Assembly (NCBI RefSeq): GCF_031769215.1
Contig: NW_026782651.1
Span: 186,001 to 250,000 of the forward strand
Direction of reading: 5' to 3'
Length of the DNA stretch: 64,000 nt
DNA from: Ylistrum balloti
Taxonomy: Eukaryota
Part shown: positions 11,001 through 23,888 of the stretch, piece after piece
Position numbering within the stretch: position 1 is the first letter of the stretch
How the letters are laid out: every line of letters begins with the position of its first letter
Position numbers and translations under genes: made by a program
The notes under the pieces: model-generated
Told to the model about the DNA's origin: nothing
The model's database searches: none
Seen by the model: only the letters and a program-made list of their open reading frames with translations

Positions 11001-14000
11001 CAAGGTTCTGTTGTGATGAGTATGTGTACAGCATCAGTTGTTACAGTGTACAAGGTTCTGTTGTGATGGGTATGTGTACAGCATCAGTTGTTACAGTGTA
11101 CAAGGTTCTGTTGTGATGAGTATGTGTACAACATCAGTTGTTACAGTGTACAAGGTTCTGTTGTGATGAGTATGTGTACAGCATCAGTTGTTACAGTGTA
11201 CAAGGTTCTGTTGTGATGAGTATGTGTACAGCATCAGTTGTTACAGTGTACAAGGTTCTGTTGTGATGAGTATGTGTACAGCATCAGTTGTTACAGTGTA
11301 CAAGGTTCTGTTGTGATGAGTATGTGTACAGCATCAGTTGTTACATTGTACAAAGTTCTGTTGTGATTGTGATGAGTATGTGTACAGCATCAGTTGTTAC
11401 AGTGTACAAGGTTCTGTTGTGATGAGTATGTGTACAACATCAGTTGTTACAGTGTACAAGGTTCTGTTGTGATGAGTATGTGTACAACATCAGTTGTTAC
11501 GGTGTACAAGGTTCTGTTGTGATGAGTATGTGTACAGCATCAGTTGTTACGGTGTACAAGGTTCTGTTGTGATGAGTATGTGTACAGCATCAGTTGTTAC
11601 AGTGTACAAGGTTCTGTTGTGATGAGTATGTGTACAGCATCAGTTGTTACAGTGTACAAGGTTCTGTTGTGATGAGTATGTGTACAGCATCAGTTGTTAC
11701 AGTGTGCAAGGTTCTGTTGTGATGAGTATGTGTACAGCATCAGTTGTTACAGTGTACAAGGTTCTGTTGTGATGAGTATGTGTACAGCATCAGTTGTTAC
11801 AGTGTACAAGGTTCTGTTGTGATGAGTATGTGTACAGCATCAGTTGTTACAGTGTACAAGGTTCTGTTGTGATGAGTATGTGTACAGCATCAGTTGTTAC
11901 AGTGTACAAGGTTCTGTTGTGATGAGTATGTGTACAACATCAGTTGTTACAGTGTACAAGGTTCTGTTGTGATGAGTATGTGTACAGCATCAGTTGTTAC
12001 AGTGTACAAGGTTCTGTTGTGATGAGTATGTGTACAGCATCAGTTGTTACAGTGTACAAGGTTCTGTTGTGATGAGTATGTGTACAGCATCAGTTGTTAC
12101 AGTGTACAAGGTTCTGTTGTGATGAGTATGTGTACAACATCAGTTGTTACAGTGTACAAGGTTCTGTTGTGATGAGTATGTGTACAGCATCAGTTGTTAC
12201 AGTGTACAAGGTTCTGTTGTGATGGGTATATGTACAGCATCAGTTATAACAGTGTACAAGGTTCTGTTGTGATGAGTATGTGTACAACATCAGTTGTTAC
12301 AGTGTACAAGGTTCTGTTGTGATGAGTATGTGTACAGCATCAGTTGTTACAGTGTACAAGGTTCTGTTGTGATGAATATGTGTACATCATCAGTTTTTAC
12401 AGTGTACAAGGTTCTGTTGTGATGAGTATGTGTACAACATCAGTTGTTACAGTGTGCAAGGTTCTGTTGTGATGAGTATATGTACAACATCAATTGTTAC
12501 AGTGTACAAGGTTCTGTTGTGATGAGTATGTGTACAGCATCGGTTGTTACAGTGTAGTACAAAGTTCTGTTTACAGATGTATAGATTCAAGAACTACACA
12601 TTTTTTTTAAATTACTATTTTCTTGAAAAATAGCCCTCTATCACCCTGGATCTGTGTATTGATTTGGAGGTAATCAGAGAGAGATATTTTCATCAACCAT
12701 TTAATCGTTTGTTATTTTAAAGACACTTGTTGTAAATGCAAATAATCTTTTTAAATGTTATTATGAAATTGCCTTATATTTTTCTGACCAGAACCACGTT
12801 TGGTCCAAGACACCCAATGTACCTGAAAGCTCTCCTTGCGTTCTGCCATTTCTCAAATGAGTTCAAGCAGGATCAAGCTGGTTTAGATGTGGCTCTGGTG
12901 AATATTTTTACAATGTATATTCAAGAACAAATCAATTTATTAATTAAAATAAATAAATAAATGGATAAAATATGAAGAAAAACTTTTTTTTTAAAATAAT
13001 ATTTTACCCTTCCTGATTGTTAGAACAATAACTTGTCACTTGATTCTAATAAAAATACAAAGTGACCGGGCATAAAAATATACATGAAAAAGGAAAATTT
13101 GGACTGTAATTTAACATGACTTTTTGATTTCAATTACATGTTTTGAGATTTTTATGTTACAGTTAGTATAGTTTCGTTTCTTTAGGTTAATAAAACCATG
13201 TATTGGCCTCATCAAAAGGCTGTAATTGTATAATATCAATTTGTTAGTTGAATAAATCTATGGAGAGCTTCGCTGAATCTTGTGTATAAATCATTTATAT
13301 TTAAATACAAGAGAAACTGATGAAGTGTTGGTGTATATTTTGTATTTGGTTTGTTAATATAGATTTATTGGGTCATATGTATCTTGTAATAACTCCATCT
13401 GACCAACTACTGCCACCTTTCTGTTAGTCAAGTTCTGGATGAAAATAACATTTGTTTGTAATTTTACAGAACAGCAGTAGTTATATGTGGGCATATCATG
13501 TACCAAGCACCAGGAGTCCATTCAATATATCTATAAATATGATATTTTTAATATATTAAGTGAGTGACTCAGGAGTTTCCATGATGATCTGTTATTGAAA
13601 TTTACCCCAAAATCATTAACAAGTTTGAGCAATGTATATATTTACTGACAATAAGCCTAGGGTGTCAACTCACAAGTGTCTTATCTTGTGCGTATAAAAG
13701 CTGGTATTTTCATTTTGAAGAAAATCTAAAAGAAAGCTAATGAATGTTGAATGCAGACGTATGTTCATTTCTTACCAGCATGCATTAGAGGTGGCCCATA
13801 AAATCTATGGCTGTGATATGATCATGACTGCCCTGGCCCATCGAGCTGTTTGTAAGGCTATGCTGGTCCTGCAGAAGTTTGATGACTTCAACTATGATGA
13901 GCATGCAAATGAGGGATTGAGGAAAGCACGGATTCTCCTGCGAGACAACCATCCTATGTTGTATCTTTTCCTCCATACTGCAGGTTAGAATTCTCCATAA

Positions 14001-16726
14001 ATCAACAATGACATCCATATGTCCTGTGACATTTAGGAAATTCAGAAGATCTTGATGTTGTATATTGTATTTTTCATACCTACTACAATATGGAAATCCT
14101 TATGTGCAAGTTTTTGATTCTGATGATTATTTTTATAATTTAGAAATTTCTTGAAATTGAGTGTATCTTTTTTATGTGCAATTTCTTTTGCAATCATTTT
14201 TATCAGTTAAAAAGTTATGGTCTGAATTTAAAAAAAAAAGAAAAATCACTTCAAAGCACTAACATAGATGTGTTGGAAATTGATTCATCCCCGTTACTTC
14301 AAGGAAGCGACATATTTCAATTATGTACATTATCTTATGCATTTCCCATTCTGATTGACAAGTTGATAATTTCCAGGAAAATGAAATAACTCTTTATGAG
14401 CTTATTTTTTACAAACAAGTGAAAATTTCAACGTTTTTAAAAGTTTTTACAAATTTCTAAAAAGTGGTCAACCTTTTATTTTGACTAGAATTAAGTGATG
14501 CGTAAATTATCTTTAACTTACTGATAACACCTGCATTCACTTTTCATTTATTTTCCATTAAATATAATTTTTGTCCAATTATAGCCACAGCTCTCCAGTG
14601 GAAAGCCCTTCACTCTTCGAAGGACATGATGAGTGCGACATTGACATTAGCCGAAACAGAGGCAAAGATTGCTATCGGTATAGTTGAAGAATATTACGGC
14701 GATATTAGTGTGAGGGCTGCCCAAATGTATTCCCTTCTCGGGCAGATCTATTCCAAGATGGATAGGTATGCTGCACTTTATGATTGTATCCATTTTTCTG
14801 CTTTCATGGAAAGGCTTTAATGATATTTGTACAAAGATTATGTGAGGATCAAGTTATTTTATGAAGTGAAATTTTAGCATGTATAGGAACCATCTTCTTA
14901 GATAGCCAAGATCAGTAGCCACCTACTGTTTTTCCAGAGAAGTAAATAGGTGGTAACTCTTTGCCAGGGATGGTCAATGCTTGCATTATGCTTGTTCACA
15001 AGTCAAATTCAAATCCTAATTACAAAGTCTGTAGATTGATCAATCACCTTGTTTAGTAAGCATGTTCAAATTTTAGAGGAGAGGAGGATCAGTGTTTGTG
15101 AGAGCCAATTTTTAAGTGATTAAAAACCTGAAATGATTTCTCTATATCTAGCTATATGTATTTAAAAGTCCATCGCTCTCTGGTCTCTGGTGTTATTGTC
15201 TAGACTACAGGATGCTATGGAAATGATTTCTCTATATTTTTACCTGTATATTTCATCAGCCATTGTTTTCTGTTGTTGTTTTGTAGACTACAGGATGCTG
15301 ACAAAATTATTTCTAAATATTTACCTGTATATTTCATCAGCCATTGTTTTCTGTTGTTGTTTTGTAGACTACAGGATGCTGAGAAAATTATTTCTAAATA
15401 TTTACCTGTATATTTCATCAGCCACTGTTTTCTGTTGTTGTTTTGTAGACTACAGGATGCTGACAAAATTATTTCTAAATATTTACCTGTATATTTCATC
15501 AGCCATTGTTTTCTGTTGTTGTTTTGTAGACTACAGGATGCTGAGAAAATTATTTCTAAATATTTACCTGTATATTTCATCAGCCATTGTTTTCTGTTGT
15601 TGTTTTGTAGACTACAGGATGCTGACAAAATTATTTCTAAATATTTACCTGTATATTTCATCAGCCATTGTTTTCTGTTGTTGTTTTGTAGACTACAGGA
15701 TGCTGAGAAAATTATTTCTAAATATTTACCTGTATATTTCATCAGCCATTGTTTTCTGTTGTTGTTTTGTAGACTACAGGATGCTGACAAAATTATTTCT
15801 AAATATTTACCTGTATATTTCATCAGCCATTGTTTTCTGTTGTTGTTTTGTAGACTACAGGATGCTGACAAAATTATTTCTAAATATTTACCTGTATATT
15901 TCATCAGCCATTGTTTTCTGTTGTTGTTTTGTAGACTACAGGATGCTGAGAAAATGCTCTATAAGAGTGCTATGTGCTTCAAGATTTGTCTGAATCCCAA
16001 CAGCAACTTCCGCTTGCTGTCTATGGCTACCCTTGGTACTTTCTATAAGATCTTTGACAAGCCAAAGGAAGCTATCCTCATGTTCAATGACGTCATCACA
16101 AATTTAGGTATTTACAGAATTATATATATATACAATATATACACCTCAAGAAACAGGCTTTATTTGATTCTTTAATAATTTTAGGAAAACTCAAAAAATA
16201 CTTTTTATTGTTTGTCAGTTTTGAATAGAATTATCTGTAGACATCATATTTTTGTCTTTGTGTTTTATTTACGATCAACAGACTTCTGGCATAATTTTTG
16301 AAATACACATAAGAGTACTAGTGAACCCTGTAAGATATTGAAACGTGTCATTATCATCTTATTACAGTTCTTCTATTGTCTCTAATTGTTAACTGGTTTG
16401 ATCTGTTTTCCATTTTAATGAATTAATAAATGATTTAATTCCATTTCTGCTGAACAGAACCCTGTGGTGTATATCTGAAATGGGTTCATGTGTGCTTTGA
16501 GCACCTGATAAGCACACTCCAGTCAATCAACATGAACAAGGAGGCTGACGAGGTCCAGATCAAACTGTCACAGTGGCTGCGGGACCATCCTGTCTATGAG
16601 AGAGTGATCAGTGTTGAAGATCTGCAACAGAAAGCACAGCCTTTCTCTCGCTTCATGGAGGAGTTTGATATCTGGGAAAAACATACAAAGAAGATTTTGG
16701 CGGCAGTATTAAAGAAGGATAAATGA
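5011..16726 (+). CDS. CARD-like death-fold domain plus APPBP2-like TPR protein (~813 aa, 9 exons)
   Basis: Exons 5011-5051, 5586-6237, 6717-7406, 8372-8496, 12792-12897, 13779-13983, 14585-14765, 15935-16107 and 16458-16726. All are GT-AG with consistent phases and total 2442 nt. The N-terminal RLRINRIALVQELKVDHIIGALIEQNLL...DKARILIDLLPSK is CARD-like. The C-terminal segments (LGYHLIDFLAEFGYFKEAE; KAELYNEICQMMLERGSVNAAFGWAQKALKE; TFGPRHPMYLKALL; YYGDISVRAAQMYSLLGQIYSKM) follow, in order, the segments I recall from APPBP2. Confidence 0.85.
8654..12572. repeat. 50-bp tandem repeat (~78 copies) in intron 4 of the CARD-TPR gene
   Basis: Unit gttctgttgtgatgagtatgtgtacagcatcagttgttacagtgtacaag, nearly invariant. 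Variant marks recur at a 1006-bp period. Confidence 0.97.
15204..15955 (+). repeat. 81-bp tandem repeat spanning the intron 7 / exon 8 boundary of the CARD-TPR gene
   Basis: The junction ttttgtag|actacaggatgctga recurs at 15287, 15368, 15449, 15530, 15611, 15692, 15773, 15854 and 15935, with a diverged copy at 15204. Only the last is followed by unique exon sequence. Confidence 0.95.
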
Positions 16727-19700
16727 AGCTCGGGAATTAACAATTCTGAAACTGTCTGTGATGGATTTAAATATCCTCACTAAAAGGATTTAAGATGGCC
16801 AAATTTATATATTTTTTTCTAGGATCAAATACTTCACATTTGTTGTAGTTATTGCATTTTGATAAATTCTCCTGATTTAGATCATGAATAGCATTTGAAA
16901 CTGAAAATTTATTTTCTGTTGAGTATAGTATGCTTAGATGTGAAATAAAAGGTAACATTCAACAATGTTGTGTACAAAATAAACAAAATCTGTGACCTTG
17001 TCCAATGATTGATTTCAGACACTGTATCAAATTCAGGTGTCAAACTTGACAGAATTTAGAATATAAGTGTTACTTTGAAGAAAGGTAAGATATTATATGT
17101 ACAGCTTTATGTTGGTTATATACAGGTGTAATAAACTACTGTAAAATCATATATATTTCTTGGACTCGTATCCTTTGGGATTTTCCATAATTTTTTTTTT
17201 ATATCTTATTTCTTGAATAGATAGAACTCAGGAACACTGATAGTGCAAAGATAATATTATCATTTATCTTTTATCATTTTGTGGTCATTTAAATTCAATT
17301 ATTGAGATTACCCATGAAATCAAAGAAAATAAATATCCCTCAAAAATCAATAATTACACAGCATCTGTTGACCTATTCTCACTCTCATTACCTACATTGA
17401 AAGCAATATGTAAGTAGGGTGTTATCTGTGGAAATGTCAAACCTAGAACAATATTGTTAAAGATTCCTAGAGTTTGTAAACTAACATTGATATATCTTGA
17501 TAAAACAGTAGTACATTATGTTTATGTATAGTCTGTTAAATGGGATATTGCATGAAATATTAAAGAAAAGACAGATAAAAAATAAAAAACATACTTAAAA
17601 AAAATATGGTGAATTCATCTGTATCATTAGAAACGGATGCTTTATTTTAATCTTAACTGACCCTAACTAATTGATCACTGATTTCCATGGAAAAAAATCT
17701 AAAAGGCCTTTATCTTAAACATAAAAAGAGCAAATAATTTGATGATATTTCAACATTCTCAGCATTCCTATACTAAACATTTTAACAATCTTTGTTTATG
17801 ATAATGTGATTTTCATACATTTAGTAAACTTTTTTCTATGTGATATTGATGATGCTGTCTTTGTTATTTGTTTGACAATATTTTGGTGTATTTTTATACA
17901 TATATTAACTTTTATTGGAAGAGTTTCTTCAACATAAATCTCTCTATTTTTGTAAGACTTTATCTATGAATAATTACTTTTGCCAAGCACTGTTACTATT
18001 GATAGATGTATGGATTCTGTAAATGTTGTCAAACTTCTAAGAAATGTTGTTGCTTCTTTGAAGTTTTGATGTCTTTATTTTGTTTGAAATCCTGTTGTTT
18101 TTCTGTGTTTTAGATGATGTTTCCCTACCATGTAACTTTAACATGTTTACATACATATGAAATGTCCTCTTGTCTAATTTAGTGTTCTATATATAAATGT
18201 CGAACAAGGAACATGTATTATATATTCTTAAAATGTAAGCATGCAGTCAGTCTTTCTTGTCTTTAGAAGAAATTGGCGTTCATGAATATTGAAATATTTT
18301 ACATCTTTAAAAGGAGACATACATGCATGTAAAATTACAATGGTTTGCTTTATATAGAATAATGATATATAGATACCAGTGTACACGAGTCTGTAATAGA
18401 AAAGAATTAATTAAGATGAAAATGGGACATGCTGTAATCAGGATGGAGGTTTTGAACAGGTATGGCAATATTTAAACATCATACATGTACATTTGGCAAT
18501 ATGGAGGGTGTATCTACAAAAATGTTGTAGAAGTGTTTATTGCATAATAGAAATTGATTTCAGTGTTATTTCTTTTGTTTGTTTTGTATCTACATGTATA
18601 TATAAGTATAAATCTATGTTGATGTATGTATATAATATCCAGGTGTGACTGTTTGATACAGATTTAAAATAATTATGATCATATGATGGCAAAGTTATTC
18701 ATGTATTCCGTGAAAATGTATTTACCAAAATTTCTAAATTCTACATCTACTGGGCTTGTGCACATGAACATTCTAAAACTTTTTAAATTTTCAACTCACC
18801 ACAACTTCATCCTGTTAATAACACTATCTCATCTGACAACAACAAATGTAGCTACTTCAAAGGATTTTCGTGTATACCATACTTCCACCGTGATCCATAT
18901 AAATGTTTATGTATGACATATATATGTACACTTACTCTAAATAAACTTCCATCATTTCACATCAGACTTGTTGTTAATGATCAGATAACTAAATATTTGT
19001 ATAAGACAGGTACGCCCTCTATAAACGTTGCTATTTCACTATTGTGTTGGTAAATATTTCGATGTAGAATGATATAACTTGTGCTGTTTTTCAGTAAGAA
19101 ATCTTGTAGATCCTAATAATGAACGGTTCTCTCCTGACCTTGACATTATGATCAAACAAACTGCTGTATCTCAATCAAGTGGTACATTGAAATATCTATC
19201 TTACCAAAGGAGATACATTTGTAGCTCACTATCATGATCTGTGATGGATGTGTTAGTTTCATTTTGCTGAATGTGAATTTCCCATTTCTTGGTAGAAACA
19301 TTCTTGTCAATTCATATTCTGGGGATTGTCATCATATCACCAGGGAATTCTAATGTTCTATATCCCCGTGTGGTAGGACATTTGAAGTGTTCGATGTACT
19401 TTAGTTAGCCTTGTGGTTTCTTGCCACTTCGCTGGTCAATTTGGAAAATTTAACACTATTTAACGTGATATACAAACAATAAATTAAACCGCATCATGCA
19501 GCTGTTTGGTCCTTCTAGGACTCACTAATGATGATAATGGCCGAAATATTAGATCCTAAAGGGGACTGAGGAAAATCCCAAGTGATCGAAAGAAAAGTAA
19601 AAATCCTGATTGGAGTGGGGTGCACTTATCCCATTCTTCAGTAATTTTCAAACCTAGTAGTTGTTGTTTGAAAAATGAGGAGCCATGCTATAAAATGATC

Positions 19701-19862
19701 ATCGTGTCCATTTAAAGATCCTTAAAAATATCCAGTGAGTATTTTGAAAATGTTCAGAAATCTTCAGTATCATTTCCCAACAGTAAGCAAGTTACAATGA
19801 ATGAATAAGATAGAAATTGTGACATTTTTATTAGAATTTACGGCATCAAATTTACAATGCCT

Positions 19863-20215
19863 TCACAAAATGCCAAGAAAACGGTGCCCCTTAGATTTTA
19901 ATGCCGACGTCCCCCGAATCGTTGGCACCATGGAGATGTCCCAAACCCGTTCTCCAGCACCACATCCAACCAACGCTTGGTCACGTCCGTGACTGTTGCC
20001 ATGGAGATGTACCATGGCCCTCCAAGACGAGTTGGTAGATTTGTTATCAGACGGGACGGTGATAGCGAATTGGTAAAGACCACGACTAGGACATGTAAAC
20101 TGTCCTCCACTAACATCGTTACCTCCTCCTTGGCTGACTTCGACGTGGTTTACTTTCACCGAGTGTCCGTTTTCTACACTGTAAGTGAGTTGAAGTGGAA
20201 TTCAAAGCCGATGAT
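19863..20215 (-). pseudogene. Degenerate C1q-domain copy (C1qDC-1)
   Basis: IGFEFHF (one frameshift) ...VNHVEVSQGGGNDVSGGQFTCPSRGLYQFAITV...VGCGAGERVW...FLGIL aligns with the neighbouring C1q exons (IGFDA, FTCPQHGIYQFA, CRVGQQVW, FSGHL). No matching upstream exons were confidently found. Confidence 0.6.
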
Positions 20216-22283
20216 ATAGTTAGACGCTTTTCGGCCCGCTTATGATTTATAATAAACAAGCATGTCATATTGCATTCCAGTGTTTTCAAGGTTTAACCGT
20301 TAACCAATATTTAATTGCAATATCACTTAATTATTTTCCAAAATAATTGACATGCACGTTTTAAAAGAAAACAAAATACCAACACAACTTCTCGGTTTCG
20401 TTTTGCTTTTTTTAAGGTAGTTCATCTATAGCACGAACTGCGTTTTGCAAGGCTTGTAAAAATCCTAAAATCTTGTATAAAATAAAAACTCATTACAGAT
20501 CCTATATATGTCACAGTAGGGTTGGTAATGTGCTGTGTATAACATAAATGTATTAACCTGTGAAAGTATGGTGTCATGGGTACACTACAGCAGACAAACA
20601 GAATGCTAGATTTATTTCCTTGTTTTTTACTTATCATATCTTATTGTTCCCATTTAAGGACAAGCCAGTAATATGTTATCGGTAGGTGCATGTATAAGCC
20701 GTGCCGTATCTGTTCGGCCCGTTTAGAACGTGACTTTCTCACTTCTATTTCCGGTGGTAAAGCGGAATTAACTTGAATACTTCGATTTCAAAGTAATGGT
20801 CGTCCAGATTCAACGACTCCTATCTGACTTCCGTAACCTTTGACCTATTTTGAGTTTCTGAATCTCGATCACTAGGGTTTGACGAGTGTTTTCCTTGTCT
20901 ACTTGTCAATATTTTTGTTTCATGTCAGAATTTCCTAATACTAATTAAAATACATTAACTTTTTCCTGGCAATGTAGTTATATTCTGTAATCAGAGGAAA
21001 TGTAAGGGACTGTTAATGACACTTGCCGAGTCATAGATACGGTGATCGACAAACTTGCTGTTCTATTAGACGAATTTCAATAATCTCGGTAAAGATTAAC
21101 ATATTTCAAATCAAATCTAAATTTGTATTAGACATTCAAATGTATGGATAGTATAAATATAAGCAAGTATCTAGCTCAATGTATTTATAGTCGTTATAAA
21201 TGACAAATTGTTGACGACAAGCATGCCGTATTGTACTACAAGCGCTGTATAATATCTGCCTGCTTAGCTGTAGTGTAATGGTTGTCTTAAGCATTAGTTC
21301 CTTCTCTGGAGACAGATCTGTCCTTGTTCTTACCGAGTTTGTATCTCACTGCACTATGACAATTAAGTTAAAGTTATCAAAAATGCATAAATTTCCGTTG
21401 TACTATCAGCATTATCTTTCTATTGTGTACAATTGTACATTGTAATCAGTAAACATCCAACATATTGGTCTTTTCAGTTACTTTTATTGCATGCATATCA
21501 ATACACTGTGTCCTTTAGTACCACAACAGCTAGCCTCTGGCTAAGTTAGCCAAATTACTAGAAATATTTAAACAATGAACTGAAGGGCGCCATTCTATTT
21601 GTCGTCCAGCCGGATTGGCTTCATATCTGCAGTATACACCATGTGGTAACAGTTTATATATATTTCGATCCTCTCAGTAAGTAAAGACATTTTGTTTGTG
21701 ACAGATTCTACCTTTGTAATGTGGACTGTCAGATCGACGTCAACTGTAGCAGACGAAGTTGACAAACTTGGTAATCGAGTGTGCAATTGCGGTTATAATG
21801 CTTTTGTGGTAAAATTACGTATTTGACAATGTTCTGCAATGATTTTATAGCTTTGTAAAGTTACTCTTTTTGTGAAGGCCTTCTTTAAGTCCACATGTCA
21901 GCACACTGTATATTGACACCGAAATGAAAGTGACCGGCGGCCAGTTTTGTTTACCTAGGAGACACTGACCGAATCACTAGAAATTGTAGGATGCTGTCTC
22001 ATATACTACAATAGGTACAGTAATGATATATAGGCAAATACAACACAGAATGTTAAATATTCATATCTACCAGGATTACTTTGTGCGGGACAACTAATCT
22101 TGACCATCGAATATGTATTTATACAATTGACCAGATGGGCGTTCATAACCTGATACACTCCCATCTGGTTTACCTAGAATTAAAACGATAAACTGGTGAC
22201 AGAACAGAAATACGTATATAGTATGCTTTAAATTATGGCCCGATCAACATATAAGTAAGTAGATAGACCATTAGCGAATATCT

Positions 22284-23888
22284 TTATTGCATTGATGCTG
22301 TAAGGTGACCACTGAAACTTGGGGAAGGTTTAGCTGCGGCGAGGGTAGCGTTGTCACTTGCTCCATGAAGATGACGGATCTATACCTGTTGTCCGACACG
22401 ACACTCGACTACCACTACTTGTGTCGCCTGGTCGAAACCTGGCGAGTTGGCTTGGAGACGGCCAATTTGAATGGTGTCCATGGCCATTTCACTGTCTAAG
22501 GTACCACCCAGTTTGGACGAAACGGTTGAGGCAAACTGGAAAATGCCATGTTGTGGACACGTGAACCGGCCGTTCGTGACATTGTAGCCAGCACCTTGGT
22601 TGGTGTGAATGTGATTGAAGATAACTGTCTCCTGGTCGCTAAGTTGGACGTTTGGGCCGTATATCTGGGCATCAAAACCGATGTTTGGATCAGCCGCTCT
22701 TCTAAATGGTAGTACGAGGGATAAATAACTGAAGGAACAGCACTGGAACATTTTTTTTAAATTTGAAATTGGAGTTGACATTGCGATGATGTTAGTCATT
22801 AAACATATATATAACTGGCTTAGATCTACTGAACTATATTTTGCTTTAATATCTAATTCGCTGAGGCATCAGGAATTAGCCATTGGCGCCTGATGTTTAT
22901 AAACAAAGTTTTAACCTTTAACCAAAGAGTAGAGGATCCCCATTGTGATCAATTAAAATGACAACAACCGGTGTATTTTGTAAACATTTCAACATGCTTT
23001 TTCAAAAGGAGTTTGCAATATATCATGAAAACTCTCAACTGTATTATATTGCGTCTTTGAATCTGTTGTTGCTATATATGATAAGTTTTTATTACATAAT
23101 TTACATACATTTAAAGGGTTTTTAAATCGCTCGATATTTTAATGATACTCTGTCCTGCCTTTTTCTATGTCCATCGTTGTATCATCTTGGAGATCGTGAG
23201 CTCGAACCGTTAGTTTTTCCAATTGATCTTCATTAGTGTAAGTAGAAAAAACCACATCGGTAGAGTCTCAAGCAGGACTGGAGAGGACAACGGGACAGAG
23301 ACAGACAAAAGTCATACACGTCCCTTAGTATTGTCAGTAGTGTAAAGAATTTTCTCTTTTGTGTAGTGGATTTCAAAATTTTAGACTAGGAACAAGGTAA
23401 CATTGACATTTTTCGGTTGGAAATCACAGACTGGTGTTTTAGACAATCCAATTATAACTTAATATTTGGATAGATGTTCTGAAGTGCTGATTTTCCCCAG
23501 TGAATTTTGAGCATCAGAAAGATTTTTTTTCTGCCTTAAAACTTTCAACGTTTGATAAACTAAATATTTCTTATGTATCACAGTTGTGAAAACTATCTCC
23601 TCAAAACCTTAGACAAAAATGATGGAATAGCAAAACAGCTGATTATACGAAGAATAGGTCTACATTTTTGTGAGATATTTTAAATATTTACATTTCAAGT
23701 TTTTTTATTTGTACAAAAGGAATTCACAAAAGCCCCCCAATAAATTAGAAATATACATCATTGTGAAGGCACTTGATATAATGAAAAATTAATTACTCTC
23801 CAAGCCGTGTGTGTATTTTATCATCTGCGGTCAGTTGTCCGAGTACACATATTGTGTAAACCAGACCGTAGGTGAAAGAGGACGCCAT
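22284..23888 (-). pseudogene. C1qDC-2 pseudogene (signal peptide, coiled coil and C1q exons)
   Basis: Exon 1 23888-23801 (MASSFTYGLVYTICVLGQLTADDKIHTRL) has its donor changed from gtgagt to gagagt. Exon 2 ~23279-23159 has a frameshift and a GC donor. The C1q exon ~22715-22284 has TGG->TAG at 22382-22380 (GQQV*IRHLHG). Confidence 0.85.

Noticed and set aside
8654-12572. GTGATGA (box C-like) in each 50-bp unit, suggesting a snoRNA or hammerhead array
   Set aside because: No box D (CTGA) on the same strand, and no stem II plus GAAA arrangement.
15190-15993. Long ORFs 15190-15993 (+) and 15215-15904 (-)
   Set aside because: They are read-through frames of the 81-bp repeat with no independent gene features. 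Only the 15273-16175 frame is relevant, as the exon 8 frame.
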